Assembly: GCF_016433145.1 (NCBI RefSeq)
Contig: NC_058131.1
Span: 447,009,416 to 447,073,415 of the forward strand
Length of the DNA stretch: 64,000 nt
Direction of reading: 5' to 3'
Source of the DNA: Gracilinanus agilis
Taxonomy: Eukaryota
Of this stretch, positions 39,699-53,940 are shown in pieces. A program made the translations under genes and the position numbers. Under the pieces are notes generated by a model. It was not told the DNA's origin. It was given only the letters and a program-made list of their open reading frames with translations, and did no database searches. Numbering within the stretch: the stretch's first letter is position 1; each line of letters opens with the position of its first letter.

Positions 39699-40636
39699 AG
39701 AAGCACATGAGAAAATGTTCTAAATCTCTAATAATCAGAGAAATGCAAATCAAAACAACTCTGAGGTATGACCTCACACCTAGCAGATTGGCTAAAATGA
39801 TAGAAGGGGAGAGTAATGAATGTTGGAGGGGATGTGTCAAAATTGGGACATTAATGCATTGCTGGTGGAGTTGTGAACTGATCCAACCATTCTGGATGGC
39901 AATTTGGAACTATGCTCAAAGGACTATAAAAGATTGCCTGTCCTTTGATCCAGTCATACCATTGTTGGGTTTGTACCCCAAAGAGATCATAGATAAACAG
40001 ACTTGTACAAAAATATTTATAGCTGCCCTTTTTGTGGTGGCAAAAAAATGGAAAATGAGGGTATGCCCTTCTATTGGGGAATGGCTGAACAAATTGTGGT
40101 ATATGCTGGTGATGGAATACTACTGTGCTCAAAGAAATAATAAACTGGAGGAGTTCCATGTGAACTGCAAAGACCTCCAGGAATTGATGCAGAGTGAAAG
40201 GAACAGAGCCAGAAGAACATTGTATACAGAGACTGATACACTATGGTAAAATAGAATGTAATGGACTTCTGTACTAGCAGCAATGCAATGATCCATAACA
40301 ATTCTCAGGGACTTATGGAAAAGAACACTACCCACATTCAGAGGAAGAACTGCAGGAGTGGAAACACAGAAGAAAATCAACTGCTTAAACACATGGGTTG
40401 GGGCGGTCATGATTGGGGATGTAGACTTGAAACTACCACACCAATGCAACTATCAACAATTTGGAAATAAGTCTTGATTGATGATGACACATATTAAAAA
40501 CCAGTGGAAATGTGCGCCGGCTATGGGGGAGAGGGAGGAGGTCATTGGGAGGTGAAGGAGAAAGTAAGAATGTGAATCATGTAACTATGATAACTTTTCT
40601 AAAAAATAAAAATTATTTAATAATTTTTTTAAAAAA
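39699..40636 (+). mobile_element. 5'-truncated L1 (ORF2 C-terminus and 3'UTR) inserted into an L2
   Basis: ORF 39707..40249 contains the L1 ORF2 zinc knuckle C-x3-C-x7-H-x4-C ([18 protein letters not shown]); TSD agaaggaagccaa at 39686-39698 and 40637-40649; L2 resumes on both sides (39510-39690 and 40650-41000). Confidence 0.95.
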
Positions 40637-41782
40637 AGAAGGAAGCCAAGGAACCCAGGAGACAGAGATGAGAGGCAGGATTTCAGGCATGGAAAATTAC
40701 CATAGTAAAGAATTAAGTGTTTTATTCATGGAATAATGAAGAAGCCAGTGGATTACAGTATATGTAGGAAAAGGCATAAGAAGCCTGGAAAAGTACAAAG
40801 GGGCCAGGTGATGAACTTTAAAAGACAAACAGGAGAACAAGATATGAAAGGGTAGGTAGGGGTTGGCAGGCAGATTATGAATGTCAAACACAGAATTTGA
40901 TCCTGAAAGATATAGAGCCCTTGGAGTTTACAACTAAGGTCTTTTTCCATTTTTTTTTTCTTTCAAAGACTGCACTGAGTGAGGTGGAGTGTGTAAAACT
41001 TGGAAGTGATAATCTCACTTTATTTTGCCCTTGTCAGACTACATCTAGAATAATGTGTCAGACTGGGATGTTATATTTTAGGAAGGACATCAATAAATTG
41101 AAAAGAAAATTTAGGGCCTTGAGATCACACCATATGAGGAAAAGAAATTGAGGATATTTAGCTTATGATGTGATGTGCTTCTTCCCAGCAAGGATCTTCA
41201 TGTCCACATACCCTGAGTTGTCCCAACTGGCAAATTGGTCCTTTTCACCTACATATACACAAGGAAAATAATAAAAAGAAAATATCCATCTATAGAAAAA
41301 ATATTCACACTCTATAATCACAAAGAGTTTATAAATGATTTATATGTCTAACAATTGAAGAATAGCTAAATAAATTACAGTATATTACTATGGACAGTCT
41401 GGGAAGGTTAAATTCTAATTCTACCTCAGACTTACAAATAGTATTACATCACAGCAAGTCACGCAAACTCTGAATCTCAAAAATGTTTCTTCCTCTGTAA
41501 AGTATAATTAATAATTAATAATTCAGAGTTGTGATGATCCAATGAAATATTTGTAAAGCTTGTAAAGAAAACTTCAAAGGTCAAATTATTATTTTTTTGT
41601 CATTATTCAGATAACTCTAGGAGACCCCAAAAATGCTCTTTCCTACTTGTTTACTGTTTATGTCATTTCATTCTGTCTTGTTAAAATCTAAGGGTTTAAG
41701 ATAAAAAGCAGGGTAGTGCAATGGACTGAGCATTGAACTCAGTCAAGAAGACATATAGCTACATGATCCTAGACCCTTCTCT

Positions 41783-42050
41783 GTAGGAGTCAGCAAACTA
41801 AGCTCCTTGAACCAAATCCAGTATGATGCTTGCTTTTGTACAGTCAGTGACTAAGAACAGTTTTACATTTTTAAAAGTTAGGGAAAAATCAAAAGATTAT
41901 GATATTTCATAACACATGAAAATTATATAAAATTTAACTTTAGTGTCCATTAATAAAATGTTACTGGAACAAAGCCACACATATTTATTTATATATTGTC
42001 TATGGACTACCTTCATCCTACAACAGGAACAGACTGTTGGCAACTCATTT
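41783..42050. mobile_element. MER58B-like hAT-Charlie element
   Basis: ggagtcagcaaact...aaatcc...ttttgtacagtcagtgactaagaa...aataaaatgttactggaacaaagccac...tattgtctatgg resembles MER58B as recalled. Confidence 0.7.
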
Positions 42051-42477
42051 ATTCCATTGCTGCTCAGCTCAACACAAATTGCAGTGACACAGTTGTAATT
42101 TGGCAGGGTTTCTACTGCTACTGTGTACTGCAACATTTTACTTTTCTTTTTTTTTTATTACCAGTGTATAACCAGTATTCCAGAACAAGAAAACAGAAAA
42201 TAATTTATTTATTTTTTTTAGTTCAGAGCTGAGATTGAAAATTTTCTGAATGAGAAACTGTCTTCAACTACTATTATTCAAATGCTATGGAAATTAGCTT
42301 TTGCTACAAACCTGTTAATTTTCTTAATGAATTCAAATTAAGACTAAAAGGCAAAACAGAGCTTGCATGCAACACAAACTACAATAAAGTCAATTCCATG
42401 AGAACCAACGTTATTGGAATCACAAACATATCCTAAGTGCTTCATATACTTCCCATGCTGTCAAAAAGATTAAATGA

Positions 42478-43086
42478 TAATAAGGAAAAAGACTTGTACA
42501 AAAATATTTATAGCCGCACTCTTTGTGGTGGCAAAAAATTGGAAAATGAGAGAATGTCCTTCAATTGGGGAATGGGTGAACAAATTGTGGTATTTGTTGG
42601 TGATAGAATACTATTGTGCTCAAAGAAATAAAGAACTGGAGGAATTCCATATCAACTGGAATGACCTCCAGGAATTGATGCAAAGTGAAAGGAGCAAATC
42701 CAGAAGAACATTGTACACAGAGACATACACTGTGGTACAATCGAACATAACAAGACTTCTCTACTAGCAGCAATGTAAGGATCCAGAGCAAGGCTGAGGG
42801 ACTAATGAGAAAGAAAACTAGCACATTCAGAGGAAGAACTATGGGAGGAGAAACACAGAAGAAAAACAACTGCTTGAACACAGGGGCTGTTGGGGATATT
42901 ATTGGGCATGTAGACACTAAACGATAACTCTAGTCCAACTATCAATAATATGGAATTAGGTCTTGATCAATGATACATGTAAAACCCAATGGAATTGTGC
43001 ATTGGCTAAGGGGAGTTAAGGGGTTTGGGAAAGAGAGAAAGAACACTAAATATGTAACTAGGGGAAAATATTCAAAATAAAAATTA
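42478..43086 (+). mobile_element. 5'-truncated L1 3' end
   Basis: [20 protein letters not shown] peptide; TSD aaaaagattaaatga at 42463-42477 and 43087-43101. Confidence 0.93.
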
Positions 43087-43399
43087 AAAAAGATTAAATG
43101 AGAAGCAAGATCTTCATTCCAAACCAAATTTGTGGCAGATATATTTTTCGAGTCTAATCACAGTTACAATAATCTTTTTCAGACATCAATAAAGTACAAA
43201 AGAAATTTCTCTATTTCAAAATCCATTTAATTGTGTAATTAAGGAGCTTCTACCAACCTGCAATGTAATAACTTACATGGAAAGTATAACAAAAAAGAGA
43301 ATCTATAATTGCCTTCCAACCAATGAATATGCTAAATTAAAATCTTATCAATATTGATTAGTATCAGTATTTGTCAGTCCTTATTTAATTATGGGAAGC

Positions 43400-43885
43400 A
43401 ACAAGGTGGCATATTTAGGTGTTGGGCCTGTAATCTGAAAGACTCATCTTTCTGAGTTCAATCTGGCCTCAGACAGTTCCTACCTGTGTGACCCTGGGCA
43501 AGGCAAGGCACTTAACTCTTCTTGCTTCAGGTTCCTCATATGTAAAATGAGTTGAAAAAAGAAATGGGGGGCAGCTGGGTAGCTCAGTGGATTGAGAGCC
43601 AGGCCTAGAGACGGGATGTCCTAGGTTCAAATCCAGCCTCAGACACTTCCCAGCTGTGTGACCCTGGGCAAGTCACTTGACCCCCATTGCCTACCCTTAC
43701 CACTCTTCCACCTATAAGTCAATACACAGAAATTAAGGGTTTAAAAAAATAAAGAAAAAAAAAGATTTCAAAAAAAAAAAAGAAATGGCAAATCACTCAA
43801 GTATTTTTGTCAAGAAAACCCTAAATGGGATCAAATGGAGTCATGAGTCAAGAGACACAAGTGCAACTACTAAACAACAACCATC
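43400..43885 (+). mobile_element. MAR1/MIR-type SINE split by a young SINE (43568-43775)
   Basis: The host tail continues after the insert (gaaatggcaaatcactc...aagaaaaccctaaatggg); insert TSD aaaaaagaaatgg. Confidence 0.85.
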
Positions 43886-44094
43886 AAAATCTATTTATGC
43901 CATATAAATGTAATGGAATACTATTGTGTTGTGAGAAAGAAGGAAGGAGATGGTTTCAGAAAAACCTGAAAAGATTATAAACTGATGCAAAGTGAAGTAA
44001 GCAAAACCAAGAGAACAATTTATACAGCAATAGTAATACTGAAAAGGCATTCTTTATTTATTTGAAAAGATATTTTTCAAAGATGAATTGCATG

Positions 44095-44276
44095 GGGGCA
44101 GCTGGGTAGCTCAGTGGATTGAGTCAGGCCTAGAGATGGGAGGTCCTAGGTTCAAATCCGGCCAAAGAAACTTCCCAGCTGTGTGATCCTGGGCAAGTCA
44201 CTTGACCCCCATTTACCTACCCTTACCACTCTTCCACCTAGGAGCCAATACACAGAAGTTAAGGGTTTAAAAAAAA
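44095..44276 (+). mobile_element. Young SINE
   Basis: TSD atgaattgcatg. Confidence 0.93.
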
Positions 44277-44967
44277 ATGAATTGCATGAATTCTCAATAC
44301 AGATCAGCATTAACAGATAAACATTTGCCATCAATTTTGATGAAGAAGAATGCTAGAAACCTAATTAAGCAAAATGTTATTCTCCCCCCCAAAATTCCAT
44401 TTTTCTCATCAGCAGAACTGTATTATAAAATGAATTATACTCCATTTTTATTATATTTCAAATTATATTAATAAAAAATTGTGGAAATTTGTTTTATCTC
44501 TTTTATATAAGTACCTACATTGCGTCAATTTTGTCTCTTGGCTCAGAAAGTCTAAAATATTTGGTTTGCTGATCCCAATTCCAGATAATCAGTCAACTAG
44601 TATTTATTACGTACTTTGTGTCAGGAACAGTATGTTCTGTGGATTAAAAAAAAGTCTTTGCTCTCAATCTAATAAGATCAACATAGAAATACCCATGTAT
44701 AAACAATATATATATATAGCATAAATTGGCAAACGTCTTTTAGAGGTAAGGCACTAAGATTCTGGAGGACTGGGAAAGACTTCTTACAGAAAGTAGGACT
44801 TTATCTAAGACCTCAAGGAAGCCAAGAGGCATAAATTGGGAAAGAGGGAATGATAGACATGGAGATAGTGAAAAAAGTTCAATCAAAAGATACTGTCATC
44901 TGTAAGGAACAGCAAGAAAACCAGTGTTACTAGATCCCAGGGAATGTATAAAGGAGATGAGAAAAGC

Positions 44968-45400
44968 TGGGCAGGTAGGTGATTCTTAGGATAGATAGCT
45001 AAGCCTAGAATTGAAAGTTCCTAGGTTCAACATGGGTTGATAGGGACATGATTGGGGATGTAGATCCGAAAGGACCACACTAATGCAACTATCAATAATA
45101 TGTAAATAAGTCTTGATTGATGACACATGTTAAAACCAGTGGAAATGTGTTTTGGATGGCGGGGGCGGTGAAGGGAGGGTGAAGGGGAAAGTAAAAACAT
45201 AAATCATGTAAAAAAAAAATAAAAGTATTGGTTTAAAAAAAAAAGTTCCTAGGTTCAAATCTGGCCTCAAATACTTCCTAGCTGTGTTAACTCTGAGAAA
45301 GCCACTTAACCCTGATTGCCTACCCCTTACTGTTCTTCTGCCTTGGAACCAATATTCACTATTGATTCTAAGAGAGAAGGTAATGGTTTTTTAAAAAAAA
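44968..45400 (+). mobile_element. SINE carrying an L1 3'UTR insertion (45031-45241)
   Basis: 17-bp TSD aaagttcctaggttcaa duplicates the SINE B-box region. Confidence 0.9.
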
Positions 45401-46099
45401 TTGAAATTGGAAGTAACAGGAAGTCTCTTACTGAAGAAGCCAGGAATAGCAGGATGGTCATGGTGGTGATACAGTCACACATGAGCTCTTGGGAAGTCTG
45501 ATTTGACAGCTGAATGGAGGTTAGAATGGAGTGGGGAAGGTTTTGAGGCAGAGAGACCAACCAAAAGGCTAATCGAAAAAGTTGTCAAGTTGTGAAGTGA
45601 TAAGGCACTCTCACCAGGCTGCAGTGTCAAGAGAGAAGGGGAGGGAAGGAAGAGCATAAGAAAGAAGTTATGAAAGCAGAAACAATAGGACTTAAGAACT
45701 AAATGAAAAAAAAATAGGGATTAGAAAGTAAACAGTATAGTTGTGGTAAGATAGAGGGATACGTTAGTTCATGGGAAATTATTAAGTTGAGGAATTGGGA
45801 GGTAGTCAGGATATTTGAGAGGATATCAATATGTTTGCTAAAGTTCCCAGGTATGAAGAAAGAAGTTGAAGAAGAAAGACTGAGCCAGGAACTGAACTCT
45901 TTGAGGTATGAAGGTCAGAGAATATCTGAGAGACTGAATGAATGATAAGTATGGACTGAATAAACTTCAAAAAAGGAAAGGTTACTGAGTAATAGTAGTA
46001 AAGGAAGAGCTTGGAAGTAGCAATGGGGAAACAATCAGTGATGAAAGGTTAGAGATCTCACTCAAACGCACAACAGGGGGCAGAGCTTATCACTAGTAC

Positions 46100-47990
46100 A
46101 AACCTCTAATTAAAAAACTAAAGCTTGATGCGTAAATATATCAAACATAATAACCAGTATAAAAAAATCCAAAAGGAGATGGTACCTTCACAAGAATTGC
46201 AAGTAGAGACTTGAAAGAAAAAACGTTTTTTTTTTTCTCAAAGACCACATGAATACTTAAAATTAAATAGGAGATAAATGTTGTACAGGAAAAAAAATTT
46301 GGAGAATAAATATCTTAGAATGAAAAGCAATCTAAGCTTACCTAAGTAATGGACTTCTTGCAAACTAGAAGAGATCAAACAGAAATTTAATGATTACACA
46401 AGCCAGTAAGAAATATTAAAACAAAACAAAAATATTATAAAAATAAAATGTCAGTTAACTGATATAAAAAAATTTTAGTTATAAAGCTGGACAAGGAAAG
46501 ATAATTTAAGAATAATTTCTGATTTTAAAAAGTCTAAAGATAATATTTTTAAAAAATCAAAATGAAAACAGCCATTGTTATTAGAAATGGAGGACAAAAT
46601 ATAGAAAAATCAACTGATCCTATCTTAAAATCAGAAACCCCCAAAGGAAAAGTTACAGCAATGTCATAGCCAAAATTTTTAGTTCCAACATAAAATAAAA
46701 ATAACTCAAATTCAAGGAACCACAGTCAGGATCACCCAAACCCAGATAGCTTCAACCATATGTAAGAAATCTTAGAATACAATATTACAAAAGGTAAAAA
46801 GAGATTTTCAACAAGACAGGGTTGTAATTTACCCTTAAAAGCCGAATCTAATACTAAAGAAAAAAGAACATTTAATGGAATAGAAGACTTTCAAGAATTT
46901 CTGATGAAAAATCAGAGATGAAAATTGCAAATATAGAAACTAGAAAGGTAAATTTATGGCAATTGAAAGAGCTATATGATGATATAATGCTAACATTCTA
47001 ATTAGGGAAGAAGAATAAAGTGTACTTTCAGAACCTTGAGAGAGTAGAGATGGACTGTTCTATGTGTTTTAAAAGGGGAAAGAGAAGGGAGGGTTTAAGA
47101 AATAGTCATGTACAAAGAAGGGAAAAGGGTCTAGAATTTAGTAGTCCTTATTACTGGTGTATACAAAAAGATATACAAACGTGGAAGAAGGAGTTGGGGA
47201 GAAGGCATCATATAAACTGAACTCTTATCTGAAACAAGCAAAGAAGAGTTGAACACAGAAAGAATTTTATGCAGAAATACACCAAAATCAACAATTAAAT
47301 AAGCAGAAATGGATAGGTAATTAAGAGGGAGGATAATACTGGGGAGGGTGTTGCCCAGGCAAAACAAACTTTCTAATACTGAAAAGGAGAGATGAAAAAA
47401 AAGGGAAAAAAAATAGAATTGAATCTAAAAAGGAAACTGGAAAATGAATGAACAAATAGTAGTGTATTTAAGTAATAGAATATTGTTCTTTTGTGTGAAA
47501 TGATAAAAGAGACAATTTTAGCAAATCCTGAGGATTAAGAATTGACTGAGGATAAATGGAAGAACAACAACGCTATAAAAAGAAAGCTATTCTGAAAGAC
47601 TTGTATAATTAAAGAATTTTGTACCTTTGAACTGCGTTCCCCAGAATTCCTTTTAATCTTTCCACCATGTTGCCTGGTCATGTCTTGTATACAGTTGTGG
47701 GGAACTCCGCCTTTCTCTCTTTCCCCACCATTGCACGGCTTGGTTAGCCAGCTTTTTTTACTTTCGTTATTATTAATAAACTTTATAAAATATAATATTG
47801 TATATTAATTTTAATCTTTACAGACTTAAGAACTCAAATCAATACAGTGACCAACCAGGTCCAGAGGATAGATAAAGCATGCCACCCCACCTCCTGAGAA
47901 GAAGAGATATTTAAACTGCAAAAAGAGACATGCCTTTTGGGGTATGTGGTTTCATCTTGTCTGACAGGTTTATTTGTTAAAAAGTTTTTA
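46100..47990 (+). mobile_element. Old L1-family element with ORF1 remnant (HAL1-like or internally deleted L1)
   Basis: caaggaaccacagtcaggatcaccc...tttaatggaatagaagactttcaagaatttctgatgaaa (QGTTVRIT...FNGIEDFQEFLMK) resembles the L1 ORF1 C-terminus; an L1-type 3' tail follows within about 1 kb. Confidence 0.6.
47602..47822 (+). mobile_element. Short solo LTR (ERV1-like)
   Basis: TG...CA termini, 4-bp TSD gact on both sides, AATAAA near 47775. Confidence 0.8.
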
Positions 47991-48005
47991 CCCTCATTCA
48001 TTTTT

Positions 48006-48204
48006 TTTTCAAACCCTTACCTTCCATCTTGAAGTCAATACTGTGTATTGGCTCCAAGGCAGAAGAGTGGTAAGGGTAGGCAATGGGGGTCAAGTGACTT
48101 GCCCAGGGTCACACAGCTAGGAAGTGTTTGAGGCCAGGTTTGAACTTAGGACCTCCCATCTCTAGGCCTGGCTCTCAATCCACTGAGCTACCCAGCTGCC
48201 CCCT
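48006..48204 (-). mobile_element. Young SINE
   Basis: TSD ccctcattcattttt. Confidence 0.93.
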
Positions 48205-48328
48205 CCCTCATTCATTTTTTAATAAGAATAGAAAGGATATATCTGAAAAACTTACAAGACATCCAGTTCAAGATGTCAAAGGGACAGCTGGCAATAGAGA
48301 GACCATTTCAGGAAAATGTATAGGGCTG

Positions 48329-48535
48329 AGGGGCAGCTAGGTGACTCAGTGGATTTAGAGCCAGATCTAAAGATGGGAGATCTTGGGTTCAAATTTGGCC
48401 TTAGACACTTCCTCCCTGTGTGGTGACCATGGGCAAGTCACTTGGCCCCCCACTGCCTAGCCCTTTCTGCTTTTCTGCCTTAGAACCAATATACAGTATT
48501 TATTATAAGACAGAAGGTACAAGTTTAAAAAAAAG
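48329..48535 (+). mobile_element. SINE
   Basis: SINE head and tail; TSD atagggct. Confidence 0.88.
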
Positions 48536-51479
48536 GATAGGGCTATGATCAAACCCATGGAAATTGATGAATTCATCAAGTGAAATCATATAAAGATAAA
48601 GAAAAAAGAAAATAGGGCCCAAGAACACTGAAGTATATACTTGTTTAATGAGTATATATAAACATATACTTGTTTACGATCAGAGAGATAATAGGTCAAA
48701 AAGAGATCTGTCACAAAATCCTGGAAAGGAGAAAGTATCTACGAAAATAAAGGATATTCAAAAAGAAACACAGATTAGGCAACTAAGAGAGATCATTCAT
48801 TGGTAACTTTGTAGAAGGCAGTTTCAATTAAATGATGTTAGAAGTTAGACTGTAGGTTTAAATGAGAGTAAGAGGAAAGGCACTGAAGGTACTATGTGTA
48901 GATGTTTTTTTGTTTTTTTTTCAAGAAATTTAGCAACAAAGAGGAAAGATATAAAAAGACAGCTAGTGGGAAAAGATCAAGTAAGGGTTTCTTAAGGATA
49001 GAGGAAACACAGAACTGTTGTTTGGAGGCAGCAGACAAGGTGAAATTGAAAATGAGAAAGTAAGGTAACCTGCTTGCTACAGAATACAAGAAGTACAAGT
49101 AGAGAGGGTTGGCCTGACAGAGGAGAAGGTATATCTTTTCATCTGAAACTAGAGTAAAGGAGATCAAAGTCAGAACTAGGAGTCTAAAAATCTGGATTCT
49201 AGTCCCAGCCCTGACTCTAGTTCAAGGTAAGTAACAAAGCTTTTAAAGTTCTCTAATTTTTCTGGACCCTTATTTTTATCATCTATAAAATAAGATGACC
49301 TCTCAGGTCTCTTGCAAACTCTTTACTTCATGGTTCTGCATCACTTAAAAAACAAGTATATTCTACTTCAATTACAGTCTGAATTAATGTCTATCTAAAT
49401 AAGCATTTTTTAAAATGAGGATTAAAAATTTCCCATTATCCCTAACGTATACTATTCAGTTTGAAAAGACTTGAAAAGAAAGGTTTTAAAAAAAAGTGAA
49501 TAAAAGGGACAGTAGTGGAAGACAGCCAATAAAATTCAAATTTCTCACAGTAGGTCAATATAATTACTTAAATTTGTCAAGTTACATGAATTTTTAGGCT
49601 TCTTATCAGAATTCTTACAATTTACAAAGAGCACCACAAGAAACAATTGCAATGGTCTGAAAATGAGAAACACTTTATGAATGGCCATATATATTCATAT
49701 CTATCTATATGTCCTAAAAAGAACTACTAATACTATAAATATTTTAAGACCAAGGTATTGCAGGATCACTTTTTGAACTTTATATATTAATTGGAATTTG
49801 CCAGTGCAAATTTCTATACGGCAAGAATATCAAATATACAATATTTTTCATTGTAGAGAGCCTCAAAATACTTTTTTTTCATGTTCTAGTTTATTAAAGA
49901 ATTACTAAGAAACTGGAGTTTTTACTAGAAGAAACAAGACTTTCAACACAAAGTATCATATGTAATCAATTCCTAACTATGATCTTAGCTGCATTAAAAA
50001 CTGATCTGTCTTCTCTAACAACCCTTTTTTCTATGACTAAAGAACTGAGGCAGTTAACTAAGTGAAGCTTAATGTAGTCACCAACTATAAGGAGAGGGAT
50101 TACAGAATTCACAGTTCCACAACTATCTGTTTGGTTCATCTTGTCCTTAACAAGTACTAATCCCTAAATTGCCAATGAATGTTATATTATAAATATTTTC
50201 TTATATCTACCCATTTATTTTGCTATCATATCACTCAAATCTTTTCTCCAAAATATTCATTCACAGGGCAGAAAACAAGATATTTCTGAACTGACTCTAT
50301 CCTATAATAATAGCTTTCATAACAAACACTAACACTTAGAAAGTATTTTATAAAGTTTGAAGAATATTCCATTCACTGCCTCACTTCATCCTCCCAAAAT
50401 CATGATCCTATTTTATTAATACAGAACTGATGCTAGGGCAGCAATTAAACCATCAGCCCAATAAGAAGTAAGAGTTGAACACAGATCTTTGTCAACAAGT
50501 CCAGTGCTCTAGGCTTTATACAACACTGCCTTTCCTCCATACATCTATACAGAGATTAACATTTATTAAGTGCTTGACATCATCATTTCCATTTCTATCT
50601 TGAAAGCTTTCTAGGATCCAGGCTTTAATTATTACCTATCTTCTGCAAAAACCGCTTATTCAATTTTTATTTAGCACTAAATTGTTTTCTCTTTATTTCA
50701 TACCCCACTGTAATAACAAAGGACAAAAGAGACAGCTACCTAGGATGTGGAGTTTAACTCTTCATTAGCAGTAAGTAAGTACTTGAGTAAACCTTATTTT
50801 CAAAAGTGCATCAGATACCGTGCCTAGCCAAACACCAATAAGTCATAATTTAACTCTGTACCCAAAACACAAGTGATGTCCAGTTTGGTGCTCCAGCATT
50901 AACAAAGGTAAAGCAGGAGGCCAAATGATATGACAGACCATCTAATTTAAAATAAACAAAAAACTAACACGAAAATTCCTAAGACATCTCATTAACTCGG
51001 AAAAGCAAAGTTCTTTTCTCCTCGTTTTCGGATGAGAATGAGCTTTCTTTCTAGATGTTAAGGATGATGTGAAAATAAGATGCTCCAAAATTAACATGGG
51101 AGGAGCCCGTTCACAGCAGAACTATGGGCATCACCCACTTCTCAGAGAGGTATGCAAGCAGTTGATCCTTCTGAGATCCTCTTCGGTCAAGAAGTTAAAA
51201 ATGGAAGATAAAGGGATTATTATTATCTTAGAGGATTAAAAAAGACTATTTTAGTTATGTTCCCTCGTATGGAGATGGCAGTGGTTAGGCTATTAGGTAA
51301 ACATATCAATATCCAAACTCCCGAAAGTACACCATAGACTACAAGGTGTATAACTTTACAAAAGTAATGAACAGTCAACACCAAAAATGCGTTAGGCCCT
51401 ATATAGAATTACAAAAGTCACTTTATACTAATGTTCCAAATAACTTCAGTCTTTGGAAGTCTTCCCTCTCTAAGATGAG

Positions 51480-52420
<941 letters not shown>

Positions 52421-52914
52421 ATGCCAGCGTGAGGTCATATCAGCCCTTTCCCCATATTTGGTTTTCTGTGATGGTGTGCCCAGCCAAAGGAAAAACAAAG
52501 ATAGTTCTGGAAGATAAATAACTCCTAAGTAAAGTGCTGCCTTCTGACTTAATAGTAGGTACATTTAATTTTAGGGATGATCTCCTCGCTGCCTTCCTGC
52601 TCTTCTGGCAAAAGATTATTCTTCAAAACCTCAAATAGAATGTGAGTATATAATGAATGTCATATCAAAGAATATTAATGGGCTGGTCCTTTATTTTCTG
52701 CCTTTTATAGATTTATAGGTTAGATTTGTCAGGTCTATTTTGCCCAGAATGAAGATTTTTTTTTTACCAAAGTTCACAATTTTTTTGAACATTTGTAGAA
52801 TAAACTATATTGCCCTTGTTTGAAAATACTTTACAAGTCACAATTATGTTGCCAGAGCTAAGGAATTTCAGTAGTGAAAAGGAATTTGGAATAAACTAAT
52901 CTACGTTGTCCAAG

Positions 52915-53940
52915 CCATTATTTTACTGATGAGGAAACTGAGGCAGATAAATATTAAGTGATTTGCCCAAGCTCACAGCTAATAAGTGTCTGTGAAGTAG
53001 GATTGTGAACCTAGACCTTTGTGACTCCCTAGTCCACCACTCTATCCACTATACCAACAGCTGTTTCTCAAAGTGCCTCCACATTTTACAGAGGAGAAAA
53101 CTGACAAAATTGAACTTTGTTACTTTGCCCCCCCTCCTTCTCTCTTCCAAAGTTCACTGCCATCTTACCAATAATTCCCCAGACTCTCAATCTACATGTA
53201 TCATCCATGATTCCTTACTCTTTTCATCCCCTATATCCAATCTGTGGCCAAGGCCTATTGATTGCAGCTTTGTAACATTTCTCCAATCTTTCACGTATCT
53301 TTTCTCCTTTGACTCTACTACCACCCTAGTAAAGGTGCTCATCAAATCTACCCTTTATTATTGTAATAGACTGTTGGATGATCAGTCTGCCTCAAGTCTC
53401 TACCCACTCCAATTCATCCCACTCAGGTACCGAAGTGATTTTCCTAAAGTAGAAGTCCAACCCTCCACTCAGTAAATTTTAGTGGCCCTGTATCCTTTTT
53501 AGGTTCAAATATAAAATCCTCAGTCTTTCAAAACCCTTCATAGCTTCCCCACTCTAAGTTTTCTTACTCCTTACACTGCCCCTCCCCACTTACATCTTTG
53601 ATCAAATTACCCTACCCTTGTTCTCTTTTCTCCAAGCATTTTCACTGACTGACCCCTATACTTCTTTTTCTCCTCATTTTGACTCCTGGCTTCTTTCAAA
53701 TCCCAATTAAAATATCATCTTTTATAGGCAGCCTTTCCTTCTTAATTCTAGTACTTTACTACTTGTGATCTCTATTTTTCCAGCATATAAGCTTGCATGT
53801 ACATAGCTTATTTGCATTTTATTTTCCCTCTTTTGTCAGTGAGCTTCCTGAAAAGAGGGACTGATTGTCTTTTGCCTTTATATCCCCATTGCTTAGCACA
53901 CTGTTTGAGGCATTGTAGGTACTTATTAATGTGTATTGAC
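52915..53940. mobile_element. MIR (minus, about 52915-53060) followed by an L2 3' end (plus)
   Basis: gaggaaactgaggc...aagtgatttgcccaa CORE; L2 terminus ccattgcttagcacactgtttgaggcattgtaggtacttattaatg. Confidence 0.7.

Noticed and set aside
39707-40249. 180-aa ORF, the longest in the track with a recognisable domain
   Set aside because: It is the L1 ORF2 C-terminus of a truncated insertion, not a host gene. The same applies to ORFs at 111, 42474 and 57518.
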